A DNA stretch of 61,473 nt, the filler included, from Candidatus Babelota bacterium (GTDB taxonomy: Bacteria; JAGOBX01): NCBI GenBank assembly GCA_017999075.1. It is 8 parts of 8 records of this genome, joined end to end, with 100 filler letters (N's around TTAATTAATTAA, not from the genome) between each part and the next. Parts side by side here need not be neighbours in the genome. Positions count along the whole stretch, not along the records: positions 1 to 25,069 come from JAGOBX010000004.1; 7 more parts are not named here. The stretch is one strand, 5' to 3'. Positions 10,125-21,600 of this stretch are shown one piece after another (positions within the stretch are counted from its first letter, which is position 1; every line of letters starts with the position of its first letter). Position numbers and translations under genes: made by a program. A model generated the notes under the pieces. It was not told the origin of the DNA. It did not search any database and worked only from the letters and a program-made list of their open reading frames with translations.

Positions 10125-10151
10125 ATATCGGCATATTCCAAAAAAACATTA
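10125..10151 (-). promoter_or_regulatory. sigma28 (FliA/SigD)-type promoter for flgFGAHIJ
   Basis: Minus strand TAATGTTT-N11-GCCGATAT versus consensus TAAAGTTT-N11-GCCGATAA; about 100 nt upstream of flgF. Confidence 0.7.
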
Positions 10152-10301
10152 ACATTTTTTTCAAAATATCATTTTTTTATTTTAATTCATTTTTTATCAA
10201 CATATTACAATTAAAAAACTTTAGGAAATCGGGGAAATTAATTAAGAATAAAACTATGTAATTAATAACTATAATGTATAATAAAATCTAAATAATAATA
10301 A

Positions 10302-10414
10302 TGCATACTTCCAAATATATGGCCATTTTATCATTTTTTTACAAAATTTATATATTGATAAACAATAAGTTAATTTTGTAAAAAAGTATATAAATATATT
10401 TTGGAAACAGTTCC
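10302..10414 (+). repeat. MITE-like repeat family copy with degenerate left end
   Basis: TTTTTTACAAAATTTATATATTGATAAACAAT...TATATAAATATATTTTGGAAACAGTTCC closely matches the reverse complement of 56530-56655. Confidence 0.75.
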
Positions 10415-10460
10415 AGTATATCTTGTTTTACTGCAAAAAACAATTTATTAGCCAGCCTGC

Positions 10461-11966
10461 TTACTCATATATCCCTGTCGATTTTTTAATATAATCTTTA
10501 ATTTCTTCACCCATTTCAGAATCAATTTTTATCGTATCATAATCTATTCTTTGATTATTTAAAAACTGAAAAATCAATTTGGTTTTATTTTCTGTCCCAG
10601 GCATGATTCCGCAAAAGAAAAAATCCATTTTTTCAAATTCATCCGCAGCTATCGCAGTAAAAGGATCAGTAAGATTAAGAATAAGAAATATAACATCATA
10701 TTTATCTATACATAAATTTTTTTTAAGTTGCCTGATTTTATCAAAGATATCTTCTCCATAACTATTGATATAAATATTAACTCCTCCGAACATATCTGTA
10801 AAAACCTCTATTTCAGATGGTTTTGACGCCAAACTATTTTTTTTTAATTTACTTTTCTTATATTCAGGCCGAATATTCATATTTTTATAAATCTTATCAA
10901 TAATTTCAAAATGTTTTTCCGGAAGATAAAAAACATTTTTTTTAGGGGGTTTCAGATATAAAAATGACAGCATCAAGGTTTCTCTTAAAACTTTATCCTG
11001 CTGAATTTTTTTAAATTCTATTTTCGGAATTCTTAACAGCATTAACCCGCAATCTTTAAATCCGTATTTATGCGCAGCTTTTTGGGAATAAGGGTGAGTG
11101 GTTACTGCTTGAGAATATAATCCATCAAATCCTCGTTTCACAGCCTCATCTATCCGTTCTTGTTCTAATTGATTAAAACAACCTATACCTCTGTACTTTG
11201 GTTTAACAAACGAAACTCCGACTTCTGCCACATTATCAAAAGAATCCGGTTTTAATGCTGTATGACCTATTATTTCATTAACATCAGATACCGCTACTAT
11301 AGAAATCATTTTATTGGATTTGTTATATTCTCTGACTTTTTCAGGATAATAAATATCCGGATTAGGATAAGTATATCCATACGCGCTGTATGCGCATTTT
11401 GAAACATCAATAGCTTCTTCTTCCTTCATCAGCCTTATATTAAAAGTACATTTTATTTTTTCTTTTTTTTCAGTATCAGCAGATTTATTTTCCGTTTCAA
11501 CAATTTCTTTTTTGAATCCTTTGAAAGCGTCTATTGATTTATAAGGAAAATTTTTAACAAGATGAGTTTCCTTCCCCTCGCCGCCAAGATTATGAAATGA
11601 CACGGAATCAAAAACTTTTTTCATTAAAAACAACCCCAAACCCTTGGCAGGTTTATCCACATCAATTTTTTCCGAATCGTATTCTTCAACTAATTCCGGA
11701 TCAAACGGCTCGCCTTTTTCTTTAATAATAATTTTAATTCCCACTTCATCGTTAATGAATACCATATCAAAAGTTTCATCTTCAGATTCAGCATATCCGT
11801 GTTTTATAACATTAGTAACAGCTTCTTCCGCTCCGATTTTAATCTTGTTAATATCTTTCTGCAGAAACCCGCGTCTCTGACACATATATTCAACTGTTGA
11901 AAAAATGAGATCAAGGTATGAAATATCTACAGGCAACGTCAATTTTATTTTTGAATTCAATTCCAT
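10461..11966 (-). CDS. RsbW-like anti-sigma/Ser kinase ATPase domain fused to a GNAT-like domain
   Basis: EEAVTNVIKHGY, FDP and GLGLFLMK in the N-terminal ~140 aa; FVKPKYRGIGCF acetyl-CoA motif A. Confidence 0.75.
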   Translation of the reverse strand: MELNSKIKLTLPVDISYLDLIFSTVEYMCQRRGFLQKDINKIKIGAEEAVTNVIKHGYAESEDETFDMVFINDEVGIKIIIKEKGEPFDPELVEEYDSEKIDVDKPAKGLGLFLMKKVFDSVSFHNLGGEGKETHLVKNFPYKSIDAFKGFKKEIVETENKSADTEKKEKIKCTFNIRLMKEEEAIDVSKCAYSAYGYTYPNPDIYYPEKVREYNKSNKMISIVAVSDVNEIIGHTALKPDSFDNVAEVGVSFVKPKYRGIGCFNQLEQERIDEAVKRGFDGLYSQAVTTHPYSQKAAHKYGFKDCGLMLLRIPKIEFKKIQQDKVLRETLMLSFLYLKPPKKNVFYLPEKHFEIIDKIYKNMNIRPEYKKSKLKKNSLASKPSEIEVFTDMFGGVNIYINSYGEDIFDKIRQLKKNLCIDKYDVIFLILNLTDPFTAIAADEFEKMDFFFCGIMPGTENKTKLIFQFLNNQRIDYDTIKIDSEMGEEIKDYIKKSTGIYE

Positions 11967-12249
11967 GATATCCTCCTGAAATTCTAATTTTACAATTATA
12001 ACATATAAACTTACAAAACTATTTATAAAATCATAATGCTATATGTTTTTTTACAAAATTATTTTATTACTTATCAATAATCGAATCGCTAAAATTGCAT
12101 TATACCTCCGGTTTATAAATAATCAAACAGAAATTTAAAACTGAATTCATTAACCCGTATATTTTCTCATATTTGGCCTTCTTCATAAATATCCTGGCTA
12201 AAATTATTCTGAATCAAAAAATATACAACATATTTATCCTAAAAATATA

Positions 12250-13080
12250 TTAGTATGAATGCAGGCTTGCCTGTGATTTAAGTCCAAAATAGGTGATAAG
12301 AATAAGGAAAAAACCAAAAATCAAAAAAATAGATTCGCAAACAGGAATATATTTGACAAAATTATTTTTCAGTAAACGTTTAAGCCAGATTCGGATATGG
12401 AAATAATTCAGATAATACACCCAGCATATAAGCGCCCAGGTTTCTTTCGGATCCCATGACCAATAATCTCCCCAAGCCTGTTTTGCCCAGATAGAACCTG
12501 TAAAAAGTCCTATGTTAAGCATAGGGAAAGATAATGAAATCATTGTGTAATTATAATCCGATAATATAAATGATTTCTTCTCTGCCGTATCAAATTCTCC
12601 ACTGCGTGTAATAAAGTTAATTATCACTATAACGCTGATTATAAATGATAAAGCAATTAAACTATAAGAAAGCATATAAGAAAAAACATGTATGGTCAAC
12701 CATTTGCTTTTAAGCGCAGGCATAAGCGGTTTTACCGAAGAATCCAGAAATCGAGTCATATACGCAAACATCAAAATAATTAGCGCTAATACTGAAAAAT
12801 TAAGCCAACCTGATTTAATTATAAACGTGATAAAAAAATATATTACAGAAACAAAAAAAATCATCAGTATGAAAGTTTCGAATAAATTAGTTAGCGGCAC
12901 ATAATCTATATCCATCCAGCGTTTGATTATTACTATACCAATAACAATTATATTCAGCGATAAAAATAATCTAAAAAAAACAAGAAAAATATTTTTATTT
13001 TTTAAAATTATAAAAAACAAATTGCTTATAAAAGCTAATAATAAAAAAATAAAACAAAAATTAATTAAATCTATTTTCAT
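12250..13080 (-). CDS. ccsA: Cytochrome c biogenesis system II protein CcsA/ResC
   Basis: WWD motif WAKQAWGDYWSWDPKETWA, conserved His residues, multiple TM helices, C-terminal LHSY. Confidence 0.93.
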   Translation of the reverse strand: MKIDLINFCFIFLLLAFISNLFFIILKNKNIFLVFFRLFLSLNIIVIGIVIIKRWMDIDYVPLTNLFETFILMIFFVSVIYFFITFIIKSGWLNFSVLALIILMFAYMTRFLDSSVKPLMPALKSKWLTIHVFSYMLSYSLIALSFIISVIVIINFITRSGEFDTAEKKSFILSDYNYTMISLSFPMLNIGLFTGSIWAKQAWGDYWSWDPKETWALICWVYYLNYFHIRIWLKRLLKNNFVKYIPVCESIFLIFGFFLILITYFGLKSQASLHSY

Positions 13081-14146
13081 TGTTTTTCCATATTTTTTTT
13101 AAAATTACTGGCTTAATCCAAAAAATAAAAATTATACCTGCAATTATCATATAAAATCCAGTATATACCAGATACAATCCCGGATCCTTTACAATCTCAA
13201 GCCCTGTTACACTCAAATCATCAGGGTTGTATGACGATTGATATATTTTATAATTTTTATAGGAACCAGGGCTGTTCACTTTTACAACTATATGAGTTTT
13301 ATCATTATTAAGTTTTAAAACACTTGTGAATTGTTCGATAGCACGATGAAATTTAAATAAAACTTGTATATCATTAAAAACAACATTATGATGGAAATCA
13401 GGAAATTTTGAAAAAAGATAACGAGTTTCAGAAACATCATTTTTTTTGATTTGTATTACAAGAGCTGGATTAATATATTTGTCAGAAAAATTAAAAAGCT
13501 TGTTCTGTTTATCAAATTTAATAGAATTGTGGAATGCGTTTATTTTAATTTTATAATTCGAATTTGCAACTTTTTTCCATTCATCTTTTACAACCGCGTC
13601 TAATATAACCGGTTCTTCTGTATTTTTCAAAAGAACAAATATATTTCCAAAAGATGATTTTTCAGAATATTCCAAAAAAAATTTTTCAAGATAAATCGAA
13701 AATGGGAGATTTACTTCCAATCCTGTTTTTTCGCTTTGGAATTTATTAATTGTACAACCTTCTTTAATCCAAACCATTCCATTATCAGAGCAGATATTAC
13801 TGATAATAAAACCTGATATAATTATAATAACACTTAAATGCGTCAAATAAAATCCTGAGTTTAACAAGTTAAACTTTTTTTGAAAAGTACAGGCAATTAT
13901 ATTAAGTATTAAAATAAATAATAAAATAAGAAAAATTGCCGAATGATAAGCGTCATTGAGATTTAACGATATAATCAATGAACCAGGAAATACTCCAAAC
14001 CTTTGATTATAAAATTGCTGAGGGTTATGCTTAAAATTTTCAGGAATAGAACTTATTTGAGGTATATATATTCCTACAAAAAAAAACAGCAGTAATACAG
14101 ACAATATAAAAACAGTCAGTTTGATAGAAGCAATTTTTTTTATCAT
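13061..14146 (-). CDS. resB: Cytochrome c biogenesis protein ResB/CcsB
   Basis: IASIKLT..G.YIPQ, GFYLTHLS, VNSP..YK.YQSSY, DPGLYLVYTG; overlaps ccsA. Confidence 0.85.
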   Translation of the reverse strand: MIKKIASIKLTVFILSVLLLFFFVGIYIPQISSIPENFKHNPQQFYNQRFGVFPGSLIISLNLNDAYHSAIFLILLFILILNIIACTFQKKFNLLNSGFYLTHLSVIIIISGFIISNICSDNGMVWIKEGCTINKFQSEKTGLEVNLPFSIYLEKFFLEYSEKSSFGNIFVLLKNTEEPVILDAVVKDEWKKVANSNYKIKINAFHNSIKFDKQNKLFNFSDKYINPALVIQIKKNDVSETRYLFSKFPDFHHNVVFNDIQVLFKFHRAIEQFTSVLKLNNDKTHIVVKVNSPGSYKNYKIYQSSYNPDDLSVTGLEIVKDPGLYLVYTGFYMIIAGIIFIFWIKPVILKKIWKNNENRFN

Positions 14147-14333
14147 ATAATCTTTAAAAACACAAGTTTATTTTATTGACTAAAATTTAAAAATGATACA
14201 ACACAAATTAAAAAAATGCAGAATTTTATAACAGCTTTTTATGAAACTATAGAAACGAAAGATAAAATTAAAATCATATTGTTTCTATTTACCTCGAAAT
14301 CCCCCTTAATCCGTATATTACATGATATCCCGG

Positions 14334-17300
14334 TTATAAATATTGACCTGTTTTACTTTCCCGGCATTTTCTTATTTTTTCAGGAGTGCCCTGTTCTACA
14401 ATTTTCCCTCCATCATCTCCGCTGCCAGGTCCCAAATCAATGACCCATTCAGCATTTTTAATCAAATCAATATTATGTTCAATAACAATAACTGTATTTC
14501 CTTTCTGTGTCAGTTTTATAAGTAAATCCAGCAGTTTCTGTATATCTGCAGAATGTAACCCGGTAGTCGGTTCATCCAGCAAGTATAAAGTTTTGCCTGT
14601 ATCGTTTTTGCATAACTCTTTGGCAAGTTTTATTCTTTGAGCTTCACCGCCGGAAAGAGTTACGGAATTCTGGCCAAGTTTCAAATACCCCAGTCCGACT
14701 TCAATGACTACTTTTAAAATCTTTTCTATTTTTCTGTTACCTTTAAATAAATTCATTGCCTGATGCGCATCCATTTCCAAAACGTCAGCAATAGTATTCC
14801 CTCTATACTTAACTTCAAGAATTTCAGTATTAAACCGCTTTCCACGACATTCAGGGCATTCAATCCATATATCATTCATAAAATGCATTTCAATATTTTT
14901 CCGTCCGCCACCCTGACAAGCTTCACATCTTCCGCCTTTAGAATTAAAACTGAAATAATTTTCAGGTAATTTCATTTTTATCGCATCTTCAGTTTTTGAA
15001 AATTCTTTACGAATCAAATCAAATAATTCTATATATGTTGCAGGATTAGAACGGGGTGTTCTACCGATAGGCGCCTGAGTAACAGTAATAATTTTGTCAA
15101 TATGTTCCTGCCCTTCAATTTTATCAATATCTGTGTTATATTTATACCCGCCAAAAAAATATGCGTCAAGGGCAGGAGCAAGTGTTTTTGATACCAAACT
15201 GCTCTTACCGCAACCACTCACTCCTGTTACACAAATGAATTTGCCAAGAGGAAAAAAAACATTTATATTTTTAAGATTATTCAATCTGCAATTGTATAGC
15301 TTCAAATATTTTTGTTCATTATTAAAATTTCTGCTGACTGAAGATTTTACTGTCAATAATCCGCTTAGATATTTACCTGTAACAGAATTTTTATTTTGTA
15401 TAATATGAGCAGGTGTTCCATATTCAACAATATGCCCGCCATTTTCACCTGCTTCAGGTCCAATTTCAATCAACCAGTCAGCTTCTTTCATTGTTTCTAT
15501 ATCATGTTCAACAACCAGAACAGAATTACCGGAATCCCTGATATTTTTCATGGTATTTATCAGCAGGTGGTGGTCTGAAGGATGTAATCCAATCGAAGGT
15601 TCATCAAGAACATATAATAAATCAGTTAAACCGCAATTAAGCTGAGAAGCAAGGCGGATCCTTTGCGCTTCGCCTCCAGATAACGTCGGCGCAGTTCTGT
15701 CAAGCGTAAGATAATTTACTCCTATTTCACAAAGCTGTTTCAATCTCCTAAAAAGTTCAGCTATAATATCTTCGCTGATTTTATAATGTTCTTGTTCAAG
15801 ATTTTCCTGTAAGCCTGCAGTCCAGTTCATCAAATTCCTTATACTCATCTGAGCGGCCTGCGGATATCTTATTTCTGCAACTGTTACCAATCTGCCTTCA
15901 ATATTCAGTCGTTCACCTCTGCAATCGGAACATATTTCATTTTGCATAAACTGCATATAAAATTTTCTGCTCGCTTCTCCCTGTGTATCTCTAAACATTC
16001 GTTCAATATTATTTACAGCGCCAAATACCGGACGCGTAATTTCACCTTTCCTGCCGCGTGCGGATGAATATTTAAAAATAACTTTTTCCCCATCGCTTCC
16101 ATATAATGCTTTATTCTTAAATTCGGCAGGTAGATCTTTCCATGGCAATTCCAGATTTACATTCATAAGCTCGGCAAGCGCAATCACTTCTCCTTTCCAC
16201 CAGTTACCTGTTGGGTTTTGTATTTGCTGACGCAAATTCCCATACCACACAGATGCGCCGTCAAGCAGAGATATTTCAGGATTACTTACTACTAACTCAG
16301 GTAAAACAGTCAAAGTATATCCAAGCCCTTTACATTTTTTGCACATTCCCTCATGATTATTATAGCTGAAATACGAAGATGTCAGATCAAAAAATATTCT
16401 GCCGCAATGATAACATTTATTTCTCGTATGCAATATATATTTTTTACCATTAACAATAATACCTAACGCGCCCCGTCCTTTAATCAATGCATTACGAACA
16501 ATTTCTTTTAATTTTGTTTTGAATTCTCTACCTGCGTCATCAGCGCCAATTACAATATCATCAATTTTCTCATCATTTTCCGCATAACATATTGTTATTT
16601 TATTTTTTATTGATAATTCAAATAATAAATTAATAATTTCATATTCTGATTTGGGTTGAACAGCAGAACCGCAATCAGGACAGTGGCGTATTCCTATTCT
16701 GCTGTAAAGCAATCGCAAATAATCATAGATTTCTGTCATTGTTCCTACTGTTGAACGAGGATTTCTATTTATAGATTTTTGTTCAACTGCAATTGCAGGA
16801 GGTAAGCCGGATATCTTATCAACATCAGGTTTCTCGAATTGCTCAAATGACTGCCTGCCTGTTGTAGAAAGTGAATCTATGAACCTGCGCTGACTCTCAG
16901 CATAAATTGTATCAAACACAAGCGAAGATTTGCCGCTGCCGCTTACACCTGTAACAACGATTAATTTATTTTTAGGAATTTTCAGAGAAATATTTTTTAA
17001 ATTATGATGCCTGCAGCCAGATATGACTATTTCATTATCTGTATGTTTTTCTTCAGATTTATTCACTGAATCCAATTTTTTTTCTTCAGTTCCAATAATT
17101 TTCGGAAAAAATTCATTTTTTAACTTTTCAAAATCAGACTCAGAATTTTTAAATTCTTCAATATTTATCTCATTTTTCTTATTTTCATAATTCCATTCAG
17201 ACCAATGATTAAGCCATTCCGGAACTTCAAAATGTCTTACTCTATCATAACACGGAATATATGGTTTAATGCTTATAACAGGAGTTTTATCAAATGCGTC

Positions 17301-18137
17301 TATTTCAGTAATTTCAGCTGTCATTGTATCAAAATTTATTTTTTTTATCCGGGCGGTTGTCAATGCAATAGGGTTTGGACGTACCGGAGAACGTGAAGCA
17401 AATATTCCGGTGCGGGGAGCTTTTTCATACGGAGGATTACATTGAACTGCTTTTCTATATTTTTCTTCGTCAAATCTGCTGAACCACCACAAAACTTTTA
17501 TATGCGAAAAATTCTTCAATAATTCTATTTTTTTATTAAATTCTTCATTAAATTTCAACAAAGTTTTACCTGATTCATTATATATGCTTCCAATTTGACT
17601 GATTTCAATTTTTTCATTAAAAGAAATTTCGTGGTTCAACAATTTATCATCAAAATTTTTAATCATACTTTTTTTTTCAAAATCCATTCGCCATTCGCTA
17701 TAAATATTTTCATTTTCAGGCAATTTTTGGTTTTTAAAATTATTATATTTACTGACAAAATCTTTATATGAATTATCTTTTTGAAAAACTGAAACATCTT
17801 CTATTCTGATTCTGTCTTCAATTGGAAAATATGGTTTAATATCAATTATAAAATCACTGTCATCTGCAAAACAATTATCTAATTCTATTAGTCCTTTTTT
17901 TTCGTTAATTCCAATAATTCTGCATACCTGACAATAAATGAGGTTATCATCAAAAAAATCCTGTATATCAGTTTTTTTTAAACAGACATATTTTTTGTTT
18001 TCATTCGGATATGTAAACAAAATAAGATGACTGAATTTATCAAGAAACTTTAAAGCATCAAAAAAATCTTCTTTTATAAAACAATAAACTGAATTTTTTT
18101 TATAAATCTTACCTATAGGATTCAATATAAAATTCAT
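14334..18137 (-). CDS. Fusion of two TrmO/TsaA-like domains with a UvrA-family ABC ATPase
   Basis: GIFASRSPVRPNPI and two IKPY motifs at the N-terminus; then two Walker A (GVSGSGKSS, GVSGCGKSS), two LSGGE, LDEP and CxxC zinc motifs. Confidence 0.88.
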   Translation of the reverse strand: MNFILNPIGKIYKKNSVYCFIKEDFFDALKFLDKFSHLILFTYPNENKKYVCLKKTDIQDFFDDNLIYCQVCRIIGINEKKGLIELDNCFADDSDFIIDIKPYFPIEDRIRIEDVSVFQKDNSYKDFVSKYNNFKNQKLPENENIYSEWRMDFEKKSMIKNFDDKLLNHEISFNEKIEISQIGSIYNESGKTLLKFNEEFNKKIELLKNFSHIKVLWWFSRFDEEKYRKAVQCNPPYEKAPRTGIFASRSPVRPNPIALTTARIKKINFDTMTAEITEIDAFDKTPVISIKPYIPCYDRVRHFEVPEWLNHWSEWNYENKKNEINIEEFKNSESDFEKLKNEFFPKIIGTEEKKLDSVNKSEEKHTDNEIVISGCRHHNLKNISLKIPKNKLIVVTGVSGSGKSSLVFDTIYAESQRRFIDSLSTTGRQSFEQFEKPDVDKISGLPPAIAVEQKSINRNPRSTVGTMTEIYDYLRLLYSRIGIRHCPDCGSAVQPKSEYEIINLLFELSIKNKITICYAENDEKIDDIVIGADDAGREFKTKLKEIVRNALIKGRGALGIIVNGKKYILHTRNKCYHCGRIFFDLTSSYFSYNNHEGMCKKCKGLGYTLTVLPELVVSNPEISLLDGASVWYGNLRQQIQNPTGNWWKGEVIALAELMNVNLELPWKDLPAEFKNKALYGSDGEKVIFKYSSARGRKGEITRPVFGAVNNIERMFRDTQGEASRKFYMQFMQNEICSDCRGERLNIEGRLVTVAEIRYPQAAQMSIRNLMNWTAGLQENLEQEHYKISEDIIAELFRRLKQLCEIGVNYLTLDRTAPTLSGGEAQRIRLASQLNCGLTDLLYVLDEPSIGLHPSDHHLLINTMKNIRDSGNSVLVVEHDIETMKEADWLIEIGPEAGENGGHIVEYGTPAHIIQNKNSVTGKYLSGLLTVKSSVSRNFNNEQKYLKLYNCRLNNLKNINVFFPLGKFICVTGVSGCGKSSLVSKTLAPALDAYFFGGYKYNTDIDKIEGQEHIDKIITVTQAPIGRTPRSNPATYIELFDLIRKEFSKTEDAIKMKLPENYFSFNSKGGRCEACQGGGRKNIEMHFMNDIWIECPECRGKRFNTEILEVKYRGNTIADVLEMDAHQAMNLFKGNRKIEKILKVVIEVGLGYLKLGQNSVTLSGGEAQRIKLAKELCKNDTGKTLYLLDEPTTGLHSADIQKLLDLLIKLTQKGNTVIVIEHNIDLIKNAEWVIDLGPGSGDDGGKIVEQGTPEKIRKCRESKTGQYL

Positions 18138-18582
18138 AACAAAAATCTCCAGATTTCAAATATTTTAATCCACTGATTCAAAAAATTCTAAAACTGTTCA
18201 TTGACAATTTACAAAAATAACATTTTCATGCGGCGTAAAATATTTATTGAATGTATTACAAAACGATTGGGTTGAATAAATTAGTGTTAACTTTAAAATC
18301 ATGTTTAAATTGTACAATTTTTGTATTTTAAGTCAACAGAATTAAGTTTTAAAATCTCAATATTCCATATTTAGGATTAAAAAACAAAAAACTCGAGATA
18401 TTCAATAAAGATGACTATGCGGTCAACAAACACTTACGGAAAATAATTCAGGAAATGATTTTTATTATTTTTATAATTGTTTTACTATTCATTTATTGCC
18501 ATAAGTAAAAAATTCAAAAAAAAGTTTCTGAACATTACCGAATTTATAATATTAAGCTATACAAAATTATATAATTTTCATA

Positions 18583-18611
18583 TTGACACAATCATTTATT
18601 TATATTAAAAT
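18583..18611 (+). promoter_or_regulatory. sigma70-type promoter of the cyclase gene pair
   Basis: TTGACA (18583-18588), 17 bp, TAAAAT (18606-18611). Confidence 0.55.
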
Positions 18612-18653
18612 TTTAAAAATATATAATTTATATAAAAAATATCATTATAATTT

Positions 18654-21600
18654 ATGGCTAAAAAAACTGTAATAAAAAAATCAATTATAACTGGACTAAT
18701 AATAAGTTTAATAGCCTGCATATTTTGTTTAGTAATTGACAATCTTGCATTATTAAAAAGAATAGAATTAAAATCTCTTGATTTAAGATTCAAACTTAGA
18801 CCTCAAATCAAGATGCAACAGGATTTAGGGTTTCTTGATTATGATGATCCATCAATTGATTTATTCGGATTATGGCCTTGGAACCGCAACAGACAGGTTG
18901 CTTTAGTTGATACATTAAAATTTTACAACTCAAAAGCTGCCGGATATGATGTTTTTTTTACTGAAAAAAGCAACATAGTTTTTACTCCTGACTATTTAAC
19001 AACTTTAATAGAATCACCCGCAAGATATTACAGCCAATTTATGATAGAAAGCACTCCAAATTCAAATCTTGCAAAATATAATTCAGTTTTCTCACAAGCA
19101 GAACAAAAAAATTTAATGTTGAAAACACTTGATTTATCTTACAAAAATTATGATTTAGATTTAGAACAGTCTTTTGCAAAAGCTAAAAACATATTTCTTG
19201 CGCAATTTATGGAAATGCCGAGCGAAGATGTACTTCTTCCTCCAAAAAAAGGGATTGCCGAAAAAACAAAATATCATCTAAAAAAAATATTATCAAAAAT
19301 TCCTTTACTCAACAAATTCGTCAAATCTGATAATGATGAGTCACTCATATTTGATGAAATTCAGAAAACAGTAAAAAAACGAAGAATGAACTATACCGAT
19401 GAAAAAAAACTTGCTTTAGAAGAATTAGAAAAAACCATCAATACAGATACTTCAGTTCAATTTAAAGATATTTATAAAAAACATTTATTTAAAACAGTTG
19501 ATATCGGAGCTCCATTATACAGGTTCATTAAAGCTTCTGCAGGAATTGGATTTGCCCAAATAGTTGAAGATATGGATTATACTGTGCGTTTATTTCCAGC
19601 ATTTTTATATTTTGACCGGCACATTCATCCTGCGCTTACTTTAAAAATGGCGTCCTATCTTCTTGACTTTAATATGAACGATATTATTGTAAAGCCAAGC
19701 GAATATATTTTAATAAAAAACGCCCTTGAATACGGTACAAATAAACGAAGCGATTTCAAAATACCGATTGATGACAAATGTCAGTTGTTAATGAACTGGG
19801 CTGGAGAATTTGACAACACTTATTTTCATTATTCATTCAAAACAATTGCTTTATATTACGCTTACATTAAATGCAAACAAATAGTTTCATATTATCCTGA
19901 CAATCCTGAATTTTTAGATTTAGCTTTCAACAAACTCAAAAATTATCTTGTAAATGAACAGCTTGTCGAATCTAAACTTATTGAAAAAATTGCCGGCACA
20001 ATCGCCATTGCAAAATGTTATGAATCTGAAATCGTTAGAAGTAAAATTTCTGATATTGAAACATTAAAAAACAATTTAAAAATCGAATCATTAAAACCAT
20101 ATTTTGACGAAGCTTTTTATTCAACGAAAATAGGAAACGAAATAGCAAAACAGTTCGAATTAAACCAAAACTTGAATTATAAAGATTTTATAAAATCAAT
20201 TGATTATAATTTCGATCAGGAATACATCAAAGAAATATTTGATAATATTGAATGGTTTGCAAAAAAAAACAGATTAAATGATATAAAACCTTTTTGTTTT
20301 CCTGAAAAACAAACTATTAAAGTTTTCGGCAAACCAATTAAAGTATCTCCCACTTATCTTGAAAATAAAATTTTTATGATTGGACTTACAGGAATAGGAA
20401 CAATAGATTTGAATCCTATGCCTTTCGAGCAAAGTTGTCCTATGGTTGCTTTGCACACTAATGCCATAAATATGTTTCTTACCAGGCAAGCATTAAGTTT
20501 TCCTCCTGAATGGTACAAATATGTTTCAACAATATTTTTGGTGGTGTTAATCGGTTTGCTGTCTGTATTTTTATCTGCCACTAAAGGACTTATTGTATCA
20601 ATATTTATAAGTTTAATTTATACATTAGCAGTATGGTTATACTGGACTAAATCCGGAGTATGGCTGAATTTCGTAACACCTCTTTTGTCAATATATATTT
20701 CTTATCTAATAACTGCAATTTATAAATTCATTCAATCTACTGCAGAAAGAAAAAAAATAAGAAACATATTTTCTACAATGGTTTCTCCTGCTGTATTAAA
20801 AGTTATGGAAGATAATCCTGATTTACTTTCATTGACAGGTGAAAGAAAAGCTGCTACTACAGCATTTTCAATGGTATTCGGGTTCAATAAAGTAACAAGT
20901 TCAGTTGCTCCTGATTATCTAAGTAAAATATTAAGTGTATATCTTACACCTACCAGCGAAATCATAATGGATTATGACGGTTACATAGATAAATATGAAG
21001 GGCATATAATAATGGCTGATTACGGAGTTCCGCTTGACGATCCGGGCAATGCCTGGAAATGCGCATATTCAAGCGTAGAACAACAGCTTGATATTGCAGC
21101 ATTCAGATATTATGTTTATGTTAATTACGGCGTCAAAGTCACAACAATGCTTGGATATAATTTCGGATATGTCTCTGCTGGAAACATGGGTTCTGAAAAA
21201 AAAATGCAGTATACTGTTATGGGAGACGCTGTAAATGTTGGCGCAAGATTTATGCCTGCAAACCTTATTTATAATACCAGAGTAATTACAGGAGGTTCTA
21301 CGTACTACAAAATAAAAGATTTCGCAGAGCTCAGAAAACTCGACAGACTTTTATTAAAAGGAAAAACAACTCCAACTGAAATTTACGAAACTCTTGGATG
21401 GAATAAAGACAAATATATTGAATTGCTTGGACACAAACCAGTTCCGGAATCTTTGCGTACAAGATGGAAATTCGCGCCTGGAGGTAAAGTATTCGGATAC
21501 TTCAACTTTTGGAAACAGGCCGAAAAAGATTTTACTCACCCTATGATTTCAAAAATTTCAAAATTTTTCGAAAATCAACTTATTTCAAATGCTACCAGAA

